A DNA stretch of 64,000 nt, taken from positions 529,136-593,135 of the forward strand of contig OX638294.1 of NCBI GenBank assembly GCA_951812325.1. Reading direction: 5' to 3'. A program made the translations under genes and the position numbers. Positions 1 through 10,400 of this stretch are shown here, in pieces. The number at the start of each line of letters is the position of its first letter. The stretch's first letter is position 1. The stretch comes from an uncultured Thermoanaerobaculia bacterium. GTDB lineage: Bacteria > Acidobacteriota > Thermoanaerobaculia > Multivoradales > Multivoraceae. The notes under the pieces were generated by a model. The model was not told where the DNA came from. It made no database searches and was given only the letters and a program-made list of their open reading frames with translations.

Positions 1-98
1 ACGGCAACGAAGTCGGCGTCGACGAACCGGTCCGGCTGGCGGACGGCGACGAGATCGGGGTCGGCGCCGCAATCCGCCTGACCGTGTCGACGGACTGA
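1..98 (+). CDS. FHA-domain protein, C-terminal end only (5' part lies outside the window)
   Basis: The frame starting at nt 3 reads GNEVGVDEPVRLADGDEIGVGAAIRLTVSTD, with stop TGA at 96-98. The L-x-DGD-x-I-x-x-G pattern is typical of the last strands of FHA domains. It lies 9 nt upstream of a vWA gene, a common pairing. Confidence 0.45.
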   Translation, partial: GNEVGVDEPVRLADGDEIGVGAAIRLTVSTD

Positions 99-107
99 GG
101 CGCCGCC

Positions 108-1004
108 GTGAAACGGATTCGCCGGGAATCCAGCATCTTCAGCGTCTCGGCCATCGATCTCTTCGCCTCGGCCCTGGGCGCGTTCATTATCGTCGCGTTC
201 GTGCTTCTGCCCTACTTCCCCAACACCGGCGACGCCCGGTCCGACGAGGTCGACGCCCTGCGCGCTCGAGCCGCCAGGGCCGAGGCGGAACGCGACTCCG
301 CAAGAGAGGAACGCGATTCCGCAAGACGGGCACTCGACTCCGCGAGACCCGCACTCCAACCGGCCCGCCAGGAAGACGGATCGACCGTGCAGGTGCTGCC
401 GCCCATCGACCTCGTCATCGCCCTCGACACGACCGGCAGCATGACCGCCGAGATTGTCAGCCTGCGCGAGGAGATCGCCGGGCTGGCGGAGCTCCTGCTC
501 GACCTGACCGAGGACGCCGCCATCGGCATCATCGACTTCAAGGACGGGTGCGGCGGCGCGCCCGCGCTGCGCGTCGCCCCACTGCAACCGGTCGACCGCG
601 GATCCGTGCCCCGGCTGACGACCTTCGCGCGGTCGATGCGCGCCGGGTCGGCAAGATGCAACACGACAGCGGACGAGGACTTCGCGGAGGCGCTCCGCGC
701 GGCCGCCGCCTCTGCATGGCGATCGGGCAGCGAGCGCCGGTCGATCGTCCTGATCACGGACAACCCGGCCCACGCCCATCTGCGGGACCAGGCGATCGCG
801 GATGCCGGGAGCTTCGCCGCCCGCTCCGGCGCCCTGCACACCGTATCGACCGTGTTCGTCGATCCTCCCTTCGCCGCTCGTCGCAGCTATCCGGGCACGG
901 CGTCCTTTCTGCAGCAGGTCGCGGTCACGGGCGGCGGGCAGTTCGTCCGCTCGAGTGAGAACGCGTCCCTCTCCGTGATGATCCTGCGGGCGATCTTCGG
1001 CTGA
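108..1004 (+). CDS. membrane-anchored von Willebrand factor A (vWA) domain protein
   Basis: 298-aa ORF. It has an N-terminal TM helix (SAIDLFASALGAFIIVAFVLLPYF), an Ala/Arg/Glu coiled coil (ERDSAREERDSARRALDSAR), then a vWA MIDAS-type start DLVIALDTTGSM. Confidence 0.8.
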   Translation: MKRIRRESSIFSVSAIDLFASALGAFIIVAFVLLPYFPNTGDARSDEVDALRARAARAEAERDSAREERDSARRALDSARPALQPARQEDGSTVQVLPPIDLVIALDTTGSMTAEIVSLREEIAGLAELLLDLTEDAAIGIIDFKDGCGGAPALRVAPLQPVDRGSVPRLTTFARSMRAGSARCNTTADEDFAEALRAAAASAWRSGSERRSIVLITDNPAHAHLRDQAIADAGSFAARSGALHTVSTVFVDPPFAARRSYPGTASFLQQVAVTGGGQFVRSSENASLSVMILRAIFG

Positions 1005-1172
1005 TGCCGTCCGCCCGCGAACTGTACGCTCCAGCGTGGCGACCCGCTCTTTCAGCTCCTCCCCGCTGTCTTCGGCTGATGCCGACCGGCGGCGAACTGT
1101 ACGCTCCAGCGTGGCGACCGGCTCTTTCAGCTCCTCCCCGCTGTCCTCGGCTGATGCCGACCGCCGGCGAGC
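995..1172. repeat. 75-bp tandem duplication (about 2.4 copies) anchored on the vWA stop codon
   Basis: The string cttcggctgatgcc occurs at 995 and 1070, and cctcggctgatgcc at 1145. The string actgtacgctccagcgtggcgacc occurs at 1021 and 1096. The first copy contains the last codons and TGA of the vWA gene. Confidence 0.9.
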
Positions 1173-1250
1173 CGTCGACCGCCGCCTGAGCCGCCGTTCG
1201 AGGTATGGCGCCGTGCAACCCGGACACCGCGCCCGTTCCCGAATCAGGTC

Positions 1251-3140
1251 CTACCGGCGCTTGAACCGCCGTTCGAGGTCCCGGTCCGTCAACTCCAGCA
1301 CGACCGGTCTTCCGTGCGGGCAGGTGTACGGGTGTTCGCAGGCAAAGAGCTCCCCGATCAGGCTCTCCATCTTCTCCGCCGACAGCGCCTGGTGCATCTT
1401 GACCGCGGCCCGGCAGGCGCGGCTGGCCGCCAGCTGGGTCAGGAGGTACTCGGCCAGCGCCTCCTCCTCGCTCGGCAGCTCGTCGCCGCCGGCGACACGA
1501 GTCGCGAGTCGGAGCACCAGGCTCTCCGCCTCGGCGTCCGGCAGCACCGCGGGGATCGCGGTGATCGCGGCGCTGCCGCCGGAGAGGCTGCTGACCGAGT
1601 AGCCGCACCGCGCGAGGCCCGCGGAACACTCGGCCAGCGCCGCGTTCTCCGCTGCGGAGAGCTCCAGCACGCGGGGCACGAGCAGCGTCTGACTCCTGGA
1701 CTCCTGCTCGGCAAGACTGAAGCGGAACCGCTCGTACAGAATGCGCTCGTGGGCCACGTGCTGGTCCACGACAAGCAACGACTCAGGTCCCTCGATCAGG
1801 ATCATCGTTCCCTTGTACTGACCGATCAGCCGGAGCGACTCCCGGCCCTTCCCCGACAGGGGGACCGGGGAGGAAGGCTGCGGCCGGTAGGCGACCTCAG
1901 CCAGCTTGCCTGCCGGCCCCGGCCGGCTACCGCCGTAGCGCGCGGCAAGTTCCGCCGCCCAGCTCGGAACCTCGGGCGCTGCGGCGCCTTCCTCCCGACG
2001 GGCCTCGCCCGCCGCGCCGGCGCCGAGCCAAGGCGCCGCGCGTCGGGTCTCACGGACCTGCCCGGCGCCGGTCCAGGCCGGGGGCGCCATCGGTCCGCCA
2101 GGTTCCCGCAGGGGCGCCGGCTCCTCACCCTTTGCCGCCTCCAGCCCTCTGCGGAGCGCGCTGCCGACCCGCCCGAGAATCGCCGCGTCGCGAAAGCGGA
2201 CCTCCGCCTTCTGCGGGTGAACGTTCACGTCGACCGATTCCGGGGGCACGTCGAGGAACAGAAACAGGGCTGGCGCCGGGTCGCCCTTCATCAAGTCCCG
2301 AACCGCCTTGTAGTAGATGGCGAGCACGGCCCGGTCGCGCAACAGGCGACCATTGACGAAAACGAACTGCCGCCTGCCCCTGGAAGTCTCGCGGTCGCCG
2401 ACGAAACCGTCGACGCCCTGCCGCCTCCTGGCCTCGGGCAGCGGAATCAGGTGACTCGCCAGATCGGGCCCGAACAGCTGGGCAATCCGTTCCAGCCGGC
2501 CGGCCGAGTCGATTCCGGTCGCCTGGGCGCGCAGAAGCTCTCGCGGGGGAGACGCCCCGTCGGGAGCGTGGCGCAGAACGAAGGTCACGTCCGGACGCGC
2601 CAGGGCGTATCCCTGGACCACCGTCGTCGCATGCCGCAGTTCGGTTGCCGTGCGCTTGAGGAACTGCTTGCGCGCCGGCACGTTGTAGAACAGCGACTCC
2701 ACCCTCACCGTCGTCCCGCGCGGCCGGCTCACCGGCTCATCGACCGCTGCCTTCCCGCCCTCGACCAGGAGCCTGTGGCCCTCGCCGGGGCTTTGCGCCG
2801 TGAGCAGTTCGCACTTCGAGACGGCGGCAATCGAAGACAACGCCTCGCCGCGGAACCCCAGGGTCGCGACCTCGAGCAGGTCCTCGAAAGAGCCGATCTT
2901 GCTCGTCGCGTGGCGCTCGACCGCCAGGATCGCTTCTTCGGCCGCGATGCCGCTGCCGTCGTCCGTGACCACGATCAGGTCCTTGCCGCCGTTCGTCAGG
3001 TCGACCTCGAGCCGCGAGGCGCCGGCGTCGAGCGCATTCTCGACGAGTTCCTTGACGACGGACGACGGTCGCTCGATCACCTCGCCCGCCGCGATCTTGG
3101 AGATCAGCGTGTCGGGAAGCCGCTGCAGCGGGCGGCGCAC
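1251..3140 (-). CDS. mutL: DNA mismatch repair protein MutL
   Basis: N-terminal GHKL ATPase motifs (LISKIAAGEVIERPSSVVKELVENALDAGA, VTDDGSGI) and the C-terminal endonuclease/dimerisation region (ACEHPYTCPHGRPV). The open frame runs up to 3335, but that extension is made of the 78-bp tandem repeat. GTG at 3140 (VRRPLQRLPDTL) gives a typical ~629-aa MutL. The start is uncertain. Confidence 0.9.
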   Translation of the reverse strand: MRRPLQRLPDTLISKIAAGEVIERPSSVVKELVENALDAGASRLEVDLTNGGKDLIVVTDDGSGIAAEEAILAVERHATSKIGSFEDLLEVATLGFRGEALSSIAAVSKCELLTAQSPGEGHRLLVEGGKAAVDEPVSRPRGTTVRVESLFYNVPARKQFLKRTATELRHATTVVQGYALARPDVTFVLRHAPDGASPPRELLRAQATGIDSAGRLERIAQLFGPDLASHLIPLPEARRRQGVDGFVGDRETSRGRRQFVFVNGRLLRDRAVLAIYYKAVRDLMKGDPAPALFLFLDVPPESVDVNVHPQKAEVRFRDAAILGRVGSALRRGLEAAKGEEPAPLREPGGPMAPPAWTGAGQVRETRRAAPWLGAGAAGEARREEGAAAPEVPSWAAELAARYGGSRPGPAGKLAEVAYRPQPSSPVPLSGKGRESLRLIGQYKGTMILIEGPESLLVVDQHVAHERILYERFRFSLAEQESRSQTLLVPRVLELSAAENAALAECSAGLARCGYSVSSLSGGSAAITAIPAVLPDAEAESLVLRLATRVAGGDELPSEEEALAEYLLTQLAASRACRAAVKMHQALSAEKMESLIGELFACEHPYTCPHGRPVVLELTDRDLERRFKRR

Positions 3141-3165
3141 CGGCGGCGCATTGGGTTCCGGCCCC

Positions 3166-3330
3166 GTCACGACGCCCGCCGACTCGCCAACAGCGGCATC
3201 TTCCAGCCGCGTGGCGCCAACGCCGGGTTCCCTTCCGGCCTCGGTCACGGCGCCCGCCGACTCGCCAACAGCGGCATCTTCCAGCCGCGTGGCGCCAACG
3301 CCGCGTTCCCTGCCGGCACCGTCACGGCGC
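3166..3330. repeat. 78-bp tandem duplication (2 copies plus anchor) abutting the recO stop codon
   Basis: The string gtcacg recurs at 3166, 3244 and 3321. The block gactcgccaacagcggcatcttccagccgcgtggcgccaacgcc occurs at 3181 and 3259. The recO stop (tca at 3322-3324 on the + strand) lies in the rightmost partial unit. Confidence 0.9.
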
Positions 3331-4086
3331 GACATCCCGCAGCGTCCGCTGCATCACGCCGTAGCTGCGGAGTTCCTTGCCCAGGAAGGCCCGCCGGACC
3401 TCCCGCGCAATCGCCTCGACCGACTTGAGCGTCGACTCGTCAACGCCTCCGTTCTCCTGCAGCCGGGCCAGACCGGCGCCGCCGATGCGGCGCAGGAAGG
3501 CGAGAGCCGGCTCGCCGATCCGCCGGTTCGCGCCGGCCCCGGCGCCGCACGAAGGACACAGCAGGCCTTCCCCGTCGACCGCCAGCATCGCCTCGTCTCC
3601 GAGCGCGTTGCCGCAGGACGGGCACTGCCGGGGCGCCGGGAACACGCCGGAGAGCCGCAGGGTCCAGCATTCCAGGTAGCGAGCCGCCAGGGAGCGGTCG
3701 CAGCCGGCGAGCAGCGCCTGCACGGTCGTATCCAGGAGCCGGTAGAGGTGGTTCTCGGGCTCGTCCTCCTGGGCGAAGACCTGCATGTGCTCGGCGAGAT
3801 ACGAAGAGACGAGAATCCCCTCGAGGTCGGCATGCAGGGCTCCGGGACTCCTGATCATCTCCGCGTCGCCGAGCCGCACCAGGTCACGGCCGTCCTTCTC
3901 GAACCATGACAGGTGCACCTTGGCGAGCTGCTGCAGCTCGCCGCCGAAACGGCTGAAGCGGGCCCGGGCGCTGCGCGCAGCACCCCGCTTCAACCCCCAG
4001 TCGCGGCTCAGAAAGACAACGATCCGATCCCGCTCGTGCAGATCGATGGTCTGAAGCAGCAGTGCCTCGCCGCTTCGCCGCTTCAT
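3322..4086 (-). CDS. recO: DNA repair protein RecO
   Basis: 254 aa. It has an N-terminal OB-fold-like region (EALLLQTIDLHERDRIVVFLSRDWG) and a Cys4 zinc motif (CPSCG...LLCPSCG). Size and layout are typical of RecO. Confidence 0.8.
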   Translation of the reverse strand: MKRRSGEALLLQTIDLHERDRIVVFLSRDWGLKRGAARSARARFSRFGGELQQLAKVHLSWFEKDGRDLVRLGDAEMIRSPGALHADLEGILVSSYLAEHMQVFAQEDEPENHLYRLLDTTVQALLAGCDRSLAARYLECWTLRLSGVFPAPRQCPSCGNALGDEAMLAVDGEGLLCPSCGAGAGANRRIGEPALAFLRRIGGAGLARLQENGGVDESTLKSVEAIAREVRRAFLGKELRSYGVMQRTLRDVAP

Positions 4087-4101
4087 CGTTCCATCGGCCG
4101 G

Positions 4102-5472
4102 TCAGCGGACCAGCCTGTCGATCATCAGGGCGGCCAGGCCGAAGTACACCAGGATGCCCGTGATGTCGCTGAAGGTCGTGACCATGGGGCCGCTGGCCAC
4201 CGCCGGGTCGATGCCCATGCGCTCGAAGGCCATCGGCAGCAGGGAGCCGATCAGCGACGCGAGCATGATGGCGAGAAAGAGCGAACTCGCAACCACCGCG
4301 CTGTAGGCGGGGTTCTGTTCCAGGAACGCCGACACCGCCGCCGCAACTGTCGAGCAGACCAGGCCCACGACGAGACCGATCCGGATCTGCTGCATCAGGA
4401 AGCGCCGCATCCGGCCGCCGCCCTCGCCGATCCTGCCGGTGGCCAGACCGCGCACGGTCAGCGTCATCGTCTGACTGCCGATGTTGCCTCCCATGCCCAT
4501 GACCACCGGCGCGAAGGCGAGCAGGAAGACCGCGTCCAGTCTCATCTGGAACTGCTTCATCAGGACGCCGGTCAGGGTCAGACCGATCAGGTTGACCAGC
4601 AGCCAGGGCAGCCGGATGCCGGCTACGCGCCACGACCGTTCCCGGTACAACAACTCGTCGTCCGAGGTCCCGACCATCTTGTAGAAGTCCTCTTCCGCCT
4701 CCTCCTGCACGATGTCGATCACATCGTCCACGGTCACCAGCCCCAGCAGGCGACGGTCCTCGTCCACCACGGGAATCGCCAGGAAGTCGTAACGCGAAGC
4801 GAGCTGCGCCACATCTTCCTGGTCCGTATCGGTGTTCGCGGTGACCAGACCACGGTTCATGATCTCGCTCAGGCTGCGGGTGGGCACCGAGAGCAGGAGT
4901 TGCCGCAGGGACAGGACACCGACCAGGCACCCCTCCGGATCGACGACGTAGAGGTAGAAGATCATCTCGACCTCGCCGTGTTCGCGGATCTTGGCGATCG
5001 CCTCGCCGACCGGCGTGTCCTCCGGCAGGGAGAAGAACTCCGTGTTCATGATCCGCCCGGCCGTGTCCTCCTCGTAGGCGAACTGGGTCTGCAGTTCATC
5101 GCGGTCGGGCCGGTCGAGCAGAGCCAGCACGGAGTCGCGCAGCTCGTCCTCGAGACCGTCGACGATCTCGACACTGTCGTCGACCGCCAGGGGAGCCAGC
5201 AGACCCGCGATCTCGGACGGCGAGAGCGCCTCGAGCAGCGGCCGCCGTTCGCCGGGCTCCAGCTCCAGCAACACCTCGCCGGCCGAGTCCGGGTAGTCCT
5301 CGAGCGCCAGCCGGACGACGAACAGCTGCTCCGTGGGCACCAGTTTCCGCAGCGCGGCGGCAACGTCTCCGGGCCGCACCTTGCTGAGCACGCGCGAAAG
5401 GTTGCGGCGGGCGCCGCGGCGCGCCAGCCGGCGCATCGTGTCGCCCAGAATCTCGACTCGCTGGGTGGACAT
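4102..5472 (-). CDS. mgtE: magnesium transporter MgtE
   Basis: 456 aa. It has an MgtE N-domain, tandem CBS domains and a C-terminal 5-TM domain with the GGNIGSQTMTLTVRGLATG motif. Confidence 0.9.
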   Translation of the reverse strand: MSTQRVEILGDTMRRLARRGARRNLSRVLSKVRPGDVAAALRKLVPTEQLFVVRLALEDYPDSAGEVLLELEPGERRPLLEALSPSEIAGLLAPLAVDDSVEIVDGLEDELRDSVLALLDRPDRDELQTQFAYEEDTAGRIMNTEFFSLPEDTPVGEAIAKIREHGEVEMIFYLYVVDPEGCLVGVLSLRQLLLSVPTRSLSEIMNRGLVTANTDTDQEDVAQLASRYDFLAIPVVDEDRRLLGLVTVDDVIDIVQEEAEEDFYKMVGTSDDELLYRERSWRVAGIRLPWLLVNLIGLTLTGVLMKQFQMRLDAVFLLAFAPVVMGMGGNIGSQTMTLTVRGLATGRIGEGGGRMRRFLMQQIRIGLVVGLVCSTVAAAVSAFLEQNPAYSAVVASSLFLAIMLASLIGSLLPMAFERMGIDPAVASGPMVTTFSDITGILVYFGLAALMIDRLVR

Positions 5473-5789
5473 GACGAGTCGGATCGTACCAGTGGGGACC
5501 GGCGGGACGCCCGGACGCCGGCGCCAGATGCTCCCCGGCTTCCGGACCAGGGCTCCTCAGCCTGTTGGCGGGACCCGCAACCGTTCGCCGCCCTGTCGGG
5601 GCGGGTACCGTGCCGTAGGGCGTCGGGTCGCAGACGGCCTGCGCGAAGGCTGCCCGGGTTCCCAGCACAACCGCGCAGCGACAACGAAGCCAGCGCTCCT
5701 GCCCTATGGTCCGCATCACGGCGTCGCCGCGAAGTGGCGCGCCCAACGCCCTGAGCCCGGCGCGCCGGCCTGCGGCCTCCCCGCCCGCG

Positions 5790-6257
5790 CTAGCGGACCT
5801 CGAAGACGGCGTCGATCTCTACCGGCACGTTGAACGGCAGCTGGTTGGCGCCCACGGCGAAGCGGGCGTGCCTCCCCTTGTCGCCGAAGACCTCCACCAT
5901 GAGGTCCGAGGCGCCGTTGATCACCGCCGGGTGGTTGTCGAAGTCGTCGCTGCAGTTGACGAAGCCGCCGAGCTTCACGCAACGGACGACGCGTTCCAGG
6001 TCGCCGCCGCAGGCTGCCGCGACGACGGCCACGATGTTCACCGCGACCAGACGGGCGGCCTCCTGCGCCTCCTCCAGCGAGTAGTCGACACCCACCTTGC
6101 CCCGGTACGCCAACCGCCCGTCCTTCACCGGCACCTGGCCGGAAACGAAGACGAGCGACCCCGTGCGCACGAAGGGCACGTAGTTCGCGGCGGGCGCCGC
6201 GGCTTCGGGGAGTTCCAGGCCGAGCGCTTCAAGGCGCTCCTTGATCGTCGTGGTCAT
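5790..6257 (-). CDS. RidA/YjgF/L-PSP family protein
   Basis: 155 aa. It shows YjgF-type conserved blocks (FVSGQVPV, ARFAVGANQLPFNVPVEIDAVFEV). Confidence 0.8.
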   Translation of the reverse strand: MTTTIKERLEALGLELPEAAAPAANYVPFVRTGSLVFVSGQVPVKDGRLAYRGKVGVDYSLEEAQEAARLVAVNIVAVVAAACGGDLERVVRCVKLGGFVNCSDDFDNHPAVINGASDLMVEVFGDKGRHARFAVGANQLPFNVPVEIDAVFEVR

Positions 6258-6502
6258 CCAGGCAGACTCCTCGGCGCCTGCGAGCGCCCGATGTCGCGGG
6301 GCGGCAGGCTGCGACCCGGTGGCGTGGTCATCCCGACCGACTCCCCGGCGCCTGCAAGCGCCCGATGTCGCGGTGCGGCAAGCTGCGACCCGGTGGCGTG
6401 GTCATCCGGACCGACACGCCGGCGCCTGCAAGCGCCCGATGTCGCGGGGGGCAAGCTGCGACCCGGTGGCGTGGTCATCCGGACCGACTCCCCGGCGCCT
6501 GC
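6251..6502. repeat. 74-bp tandem duplication (about 3.4 copies) spanning the LLM stop / ridA start junction
   Basis: The string tggtcatcc occurs at 6251, 6325, 6399 and 6472. On the minus strand each unit carries ATGACCACG, the first three ridA codons. The rightmost unit holds the LLM stop in an overlapping ATGA. Confidence 0.9.
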
Positions 6503-7422
6503 GCAAAGGCGGCGAACAGCTCCTCGAACGCCTTGATCTGGTTGCCGGCCGCCGACGACGGCACCAGGATCGGCGTGCCGATACCGGCGTCGAACCAGCG
6601 CTCGACCCCCTCGCGCACCTCCGCCGCGGCGCCGAACAGCGTGCAATCGGCCAGCCAGCGATCCGACAGCAACCCCGGAATGCGGTCCATCTCGCCCTGT
6701 TCGACGGCCTGCTCCACCGCCTCCATCTCCTCGACGTAGCCGGCCGCCTTCCAGTAGTTGCGGTAGTTCGGCAGCAGCACGTAGCGGCTCAGGGTCTTGC
6801 GGTTGCGGGCCGCCGCCAGATCACGATCGTCGGAGATCACCGTCGGGATCATGTTGCCCACGAAGAAGTCGGGATCGGCGGCCCTTCCCCCCGTTGCCGC
6901 CAGGGAATGCGCCATGTGGGAGCGGGCGCCATTCGCGAACACCATGCCGTCGCCGATCTCCGCGGCGGTGGCGATCATCCGGTCGCGCAGCGTGGCGAGG
7001 ACGATCGGCGGCAGTTCGCCGGCGCCAGGCACCGCCTTCAGTTCGTCGACGAAGGAGCGGATATCGGACAGCGGCTTGCCGACGGTGACGCCCAACCGCG
7101 CGTGCGCCGGCGCGTGGCCGACGCCGACGCCGAACCGGAAGCGGCCCCGGGACACCTCGTGGATGAAGGACGCCGTGTGCGCGAACTCGGTCACGTGCCG
7201 GGTGTAGATGTTCACGATCGAGGTGCCGAACCGAATCCTCTCGGTACAAAGCGCGATCGCCTCGCAGAGCGCCAGCCCGTCGCCCATGCTGGGACAGTAG
7301 ATGCCGCTGAAACCACGGCGTTCGATCTCCGCCGCCAGGTCGAGCGTGAGCCGCCGGCGCCCCGGCACCGCAGCGAGGGAGACCGCCGGGAGGCCGTCGT
7401 GTTGCGGAGGCGCCGTCGTCAT
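6475..7422 (-). CDS. LLM-class (luciferase-like) F420-dependent oxidoreductase
   Basis: 315 aa, a TIM-barrel luciferase-like family by motif (FSGIYCPSMGDGLALCEAIALCTERIRFGTSIVNIYTRH, RFRFGVGVGH). It is in the same window as an F420 biosynthesis cluster. Confidence 0.75.
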   Translation of the reverse strand: MTTAPPQHDGLPAVSLAAVPGRRRLTLDLAAEIERRGFSGIYCPSMGDGLALCEAIALCTERIRFGTSIVNIYTRHVTEFAHTASFIHEVSRGRFRFGVGVGHAPAHARLGVTVGKPLSDIRSFVDELKAVPGAGELPPIVLATLRDRMIATAAEIGDGMVFANGARSHMAHSLAATGGRAADPDFFVGNMIPTVISDDRDLAAARNRKTLSRYVLLPNYRNYWKAAGYVEEMEAVEQAVEQGEMDRIPGLLSDRWLADCTLFGAAAEVREGVERWFDAGIGTPILVPSSAAGNQIKAFEELFAAFAQAPGSRSG

Positions 7423-7437
7423 GCCCGCGGCAGGTTA

Positions 7438-10400
7438 TCAGCGTCCCGAGGCGACGATCTCAAGGGCGTCGAGAACCTTCTGCGCCTGCTTGCGGTCGAG
7501 ATACGGATGAGCGAACTGGTTGCGATAGCTCCGCAGGCAGCCGTAGCAACTGACATCGCAGCCGCAGCCGCCGGCCACCCGGCGGCGGGCGCCGGCGAGC
7601 ACCCTCATGAGGACGTCGTCGTCGTCCAGTTGCGTGACCAGACCGGCGCCGCCGGGAACGTTGTCGTACAGCACGACCGCCGATGCGTCAGGCACGCTCC
7701 CGGCGGCGATGGTGACGTTCAGGTCGTTCTGCGGAACGCCGATCGCGTCTGCGGCACCAAGGAGAACGGCGTAGGCGACCGAGTAGGCCGGCCACTGGTC
7801 ACGCAGGTCCGGGAACTCCATGCGGACGACGTCCGTGACCAACTCGTGGCCCAGCGAGAACTGTTCGAGCATTCCCCTGCACTCCCGACCGGTCGGAGCC
7901 TCGTGTTTGGCCGTGCGCTTCGCAGAGTGGGCGCCGCATGATCGGCAAACGAGGAACCCCCGACCGCCATGGCCTTCGCAGAGTATGACCAGAGTTCCCG
8001 AGGCGGCCGAACTGACACGCAACCCACAACGAGTTTGTGCGATATCGGCGTCGGCGTCGGCGAAACCCTGGAAGAACGGACGAGTGCTGTACACCCTGTG
8101 CGCTCGTCGCCGGGGAGGCTTCGGGTCCCTGAACATGGGTGTGACGAAACCAAACCGGGGAATCAGGTACTTCTTCCGCACCTGGGCTGGCGCATCGGAG
8201 CTTCCCTCGGTCCACTGTTCGAAGCTCCGCGAGTCGTCGTGCCGGTACATCCGTACCGGCCATTCCTTGCCGGACACCTTCCTGATCCCGCAAGACTCCC
8301 ACTCGAGCTTGTTCGCCACGACCTTCCCGCCCGGCGCGTACTCGGCGATCGCCTGGGAGAGGTCCCGCTGAAGAGACACGTTCAGCCCCCCGCCCCGAAC
8401 CTGCCGGGTGTGCAGCTCGACAACATCAACCGGGAAGCCGTACTTGGGGATCACGGCCTTCCGCGACAGGAACTCCAGTGTCGACCGGCCGGCGACCGTG
8501 TCCATGCGCTTCTTGACATCCTCTGCCTTTCGATACCCGCGTCGAGCAACAGCTGTCGCTTCGATCTCTCCCAGTTCGAGGTACTCCGAGCAGACCTCCG
8601 CCTCGGCGAGCCCGAGCCGGCTGTCCGGACCTCCGATGCGTTCGATCCACCGCCGGTCGCGCAGGCCCACGGCATCCGCCACGCCCTCAGGGACGATCCG
8701 GATCAGCATGGACTCAATCGACGTCGAGTTCTCTTCGCACCAAGTGGTGAAATCCCCCGCAGCCCGCGGAGCCTTCCAATCCTCGATGAAGGCGGCGACG
8801 TTCGTGAACCGCTTCCGGTGACGATGGAAGAACCCACTCAGGACGGCCGCCGCCATGTGGCGCAAGACGATGCGATCGTTTGAAAGATGAAGTCTCGGCG
8901 GATCCACATCGCCGCGGATCATGCTCGCTTCCGGATCCTCGTAGTGATGGAGGTCGTGCGGGTTGCGCCGGCAGTATGTCACCGCGAGGCCGGCCCGCTC
9001 TCCGCGTCCGGCCCGCCCAACTCTCTGGACGTAGTTGAATGGTTCCGGCGGCACGTTGCGCAGGAACACCACGTCGAGATCACCGAGGCTCACGCCCACC
9101 TCGAACGTCGTTGAGGAACTGAGGAGCTCGACCTCCCCGTTCTTGAACTTCTCCTGCAGGCGACGGGCCTTTTCCGGAGCGACCTGCGCGGTGTGTTCTT
9201 CCGCTCGCAGCCGCGGCGGCAGGCTCGGGCTCTCGTAGAGAAGCCTGTAGTGGTTGTCCACAAAGGTCCCCGGGTTCGCCGGATGCAGACCTCCGCTACA
9301 GCCGATCCGGGGACACACACCCCGGACGAAGTGCGGGGTCACCGTGGTGCAGGTGTCGCAGCGCCAGATCGGGTCGTCTCCGACCGGGTGGAGGCGCAGC
9401 CACTCCGAGCCCAGACGAAACGTGCCATCGAACTTCTCGCGAACGAGCAGCATACCGGTCGAAACCGCTGTCAGCGCTTTCCAGATCCCATAGGCCGCCG
9501 CCGTGCTCGGTTCCAGGGCCGTCGCCGCATCCCGGCCGTTCTTGCCGAGAACCCGGGGAAGGAAGTGCTTGACGAGCCCGGAAGCCCGGCTTCCCCATTG
9601 GGCAACGTGAGGGCGACCGCCCGGTTTTCCCAGGCCGTAGGCTGTCTGAGGGAGCTTGGAGACGTCCCTCCATACCGGGGCACCCTCGGTCGAAGGCAAG
9701 CGGAGAGCACGACGGGCCGGAAACGCGCTGAGGCAGTACTGAACCAGGCTCGATGCCTCGACCTCCGTGAGGTTCCAAGGTGGAGCGAGCAGCTCAGGCG
9801 GTACCGAGAAGTCCGCGGGAAGCGCGACGGTCCAGCGAACGAGACCGACACCGCTCAGGGAGATCCGCCGTTCTTCCGTGACGATCTCACCAAGGATCGC
9901 CGTCAGGACACATCGCCGGTGGGACTCCGCGGTCTCCGAGGCTCCGAACAGCCCGGCGCGCTCCCGGATTCTCCGCAGTCTGCTCGCCAGATCCTCGATG
10001 CTCAGGCCCTCTCCGGCCGCCGCCTCCCGCGCCGCCCGGAAGATCAGGTTCCGGTCGAGCAACCGACGGTAGGAGTCCTGGGCGTACCACGCGAAAAACG
10101 CCGCCTCCTGCCGACTGTCCGCGAAGGCGAGCACCTTTCGCCGCTTCTCGGGAAGCAACTCGAGCAGGGCGGTCGCGATGACCGCGTTCGGGCCGTCCGA
10201 CCCGTGGACGATTTCCTGAACCGGGTCGCCGACGCCGCCGCGACGGTAGCCGCAAGCCTCACACTGGCGGAGCTGATCCGGGTGGTCCTTGTGGGTTCGG
10301 CAGCGCACGACCTTGATTCCTGCGTCGCAGTCGCAGGTCAGATCTCGACTGGTGACCAGGCCGCAGCGCCGGCATAGTGTCCTGTTCCCTTCTTCCGAGG

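Noticed and set aside
1314-3428. 704-aa + strand ORF opposite mutL, along with many similar long ORFs in the track: 43234-47055 (1273 aa), 31878-34604 (908 aa), 32060-34543 (827 aa), 38196-40373 (725 aa), 12377-14119 (580 aa) and 28505-30127 (540 aa)
   Set aside because: They are antisense or off-frame to genes with clear family motifs. They are Arg/Pro/Gly/Ala-rich with no recognisable domains. Long stop-free shadow frames are expected in GC-rich DNA.
5473-5720. M-box (ykoK) Mg2+ riboswitch in the mgtE leader
   Set aside because: The ~250-nt leader is long and contains hairpins such as ccgccctgtcggggcgg. I could not locate the conserved M-box core strings in either part of the leader. It needs a cmsearch with the Rfam M-box model before any claim.
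7423-7437. Mobile-island boundary, integrase or att site flanking the defence block
   Set aside because: No integrase, transposase, tRNA or flanking direct repeat was seen. Only the CoA-transferase fragment on the right hints at rearrangement. The block is tightly packed against housekeeping-type genes.
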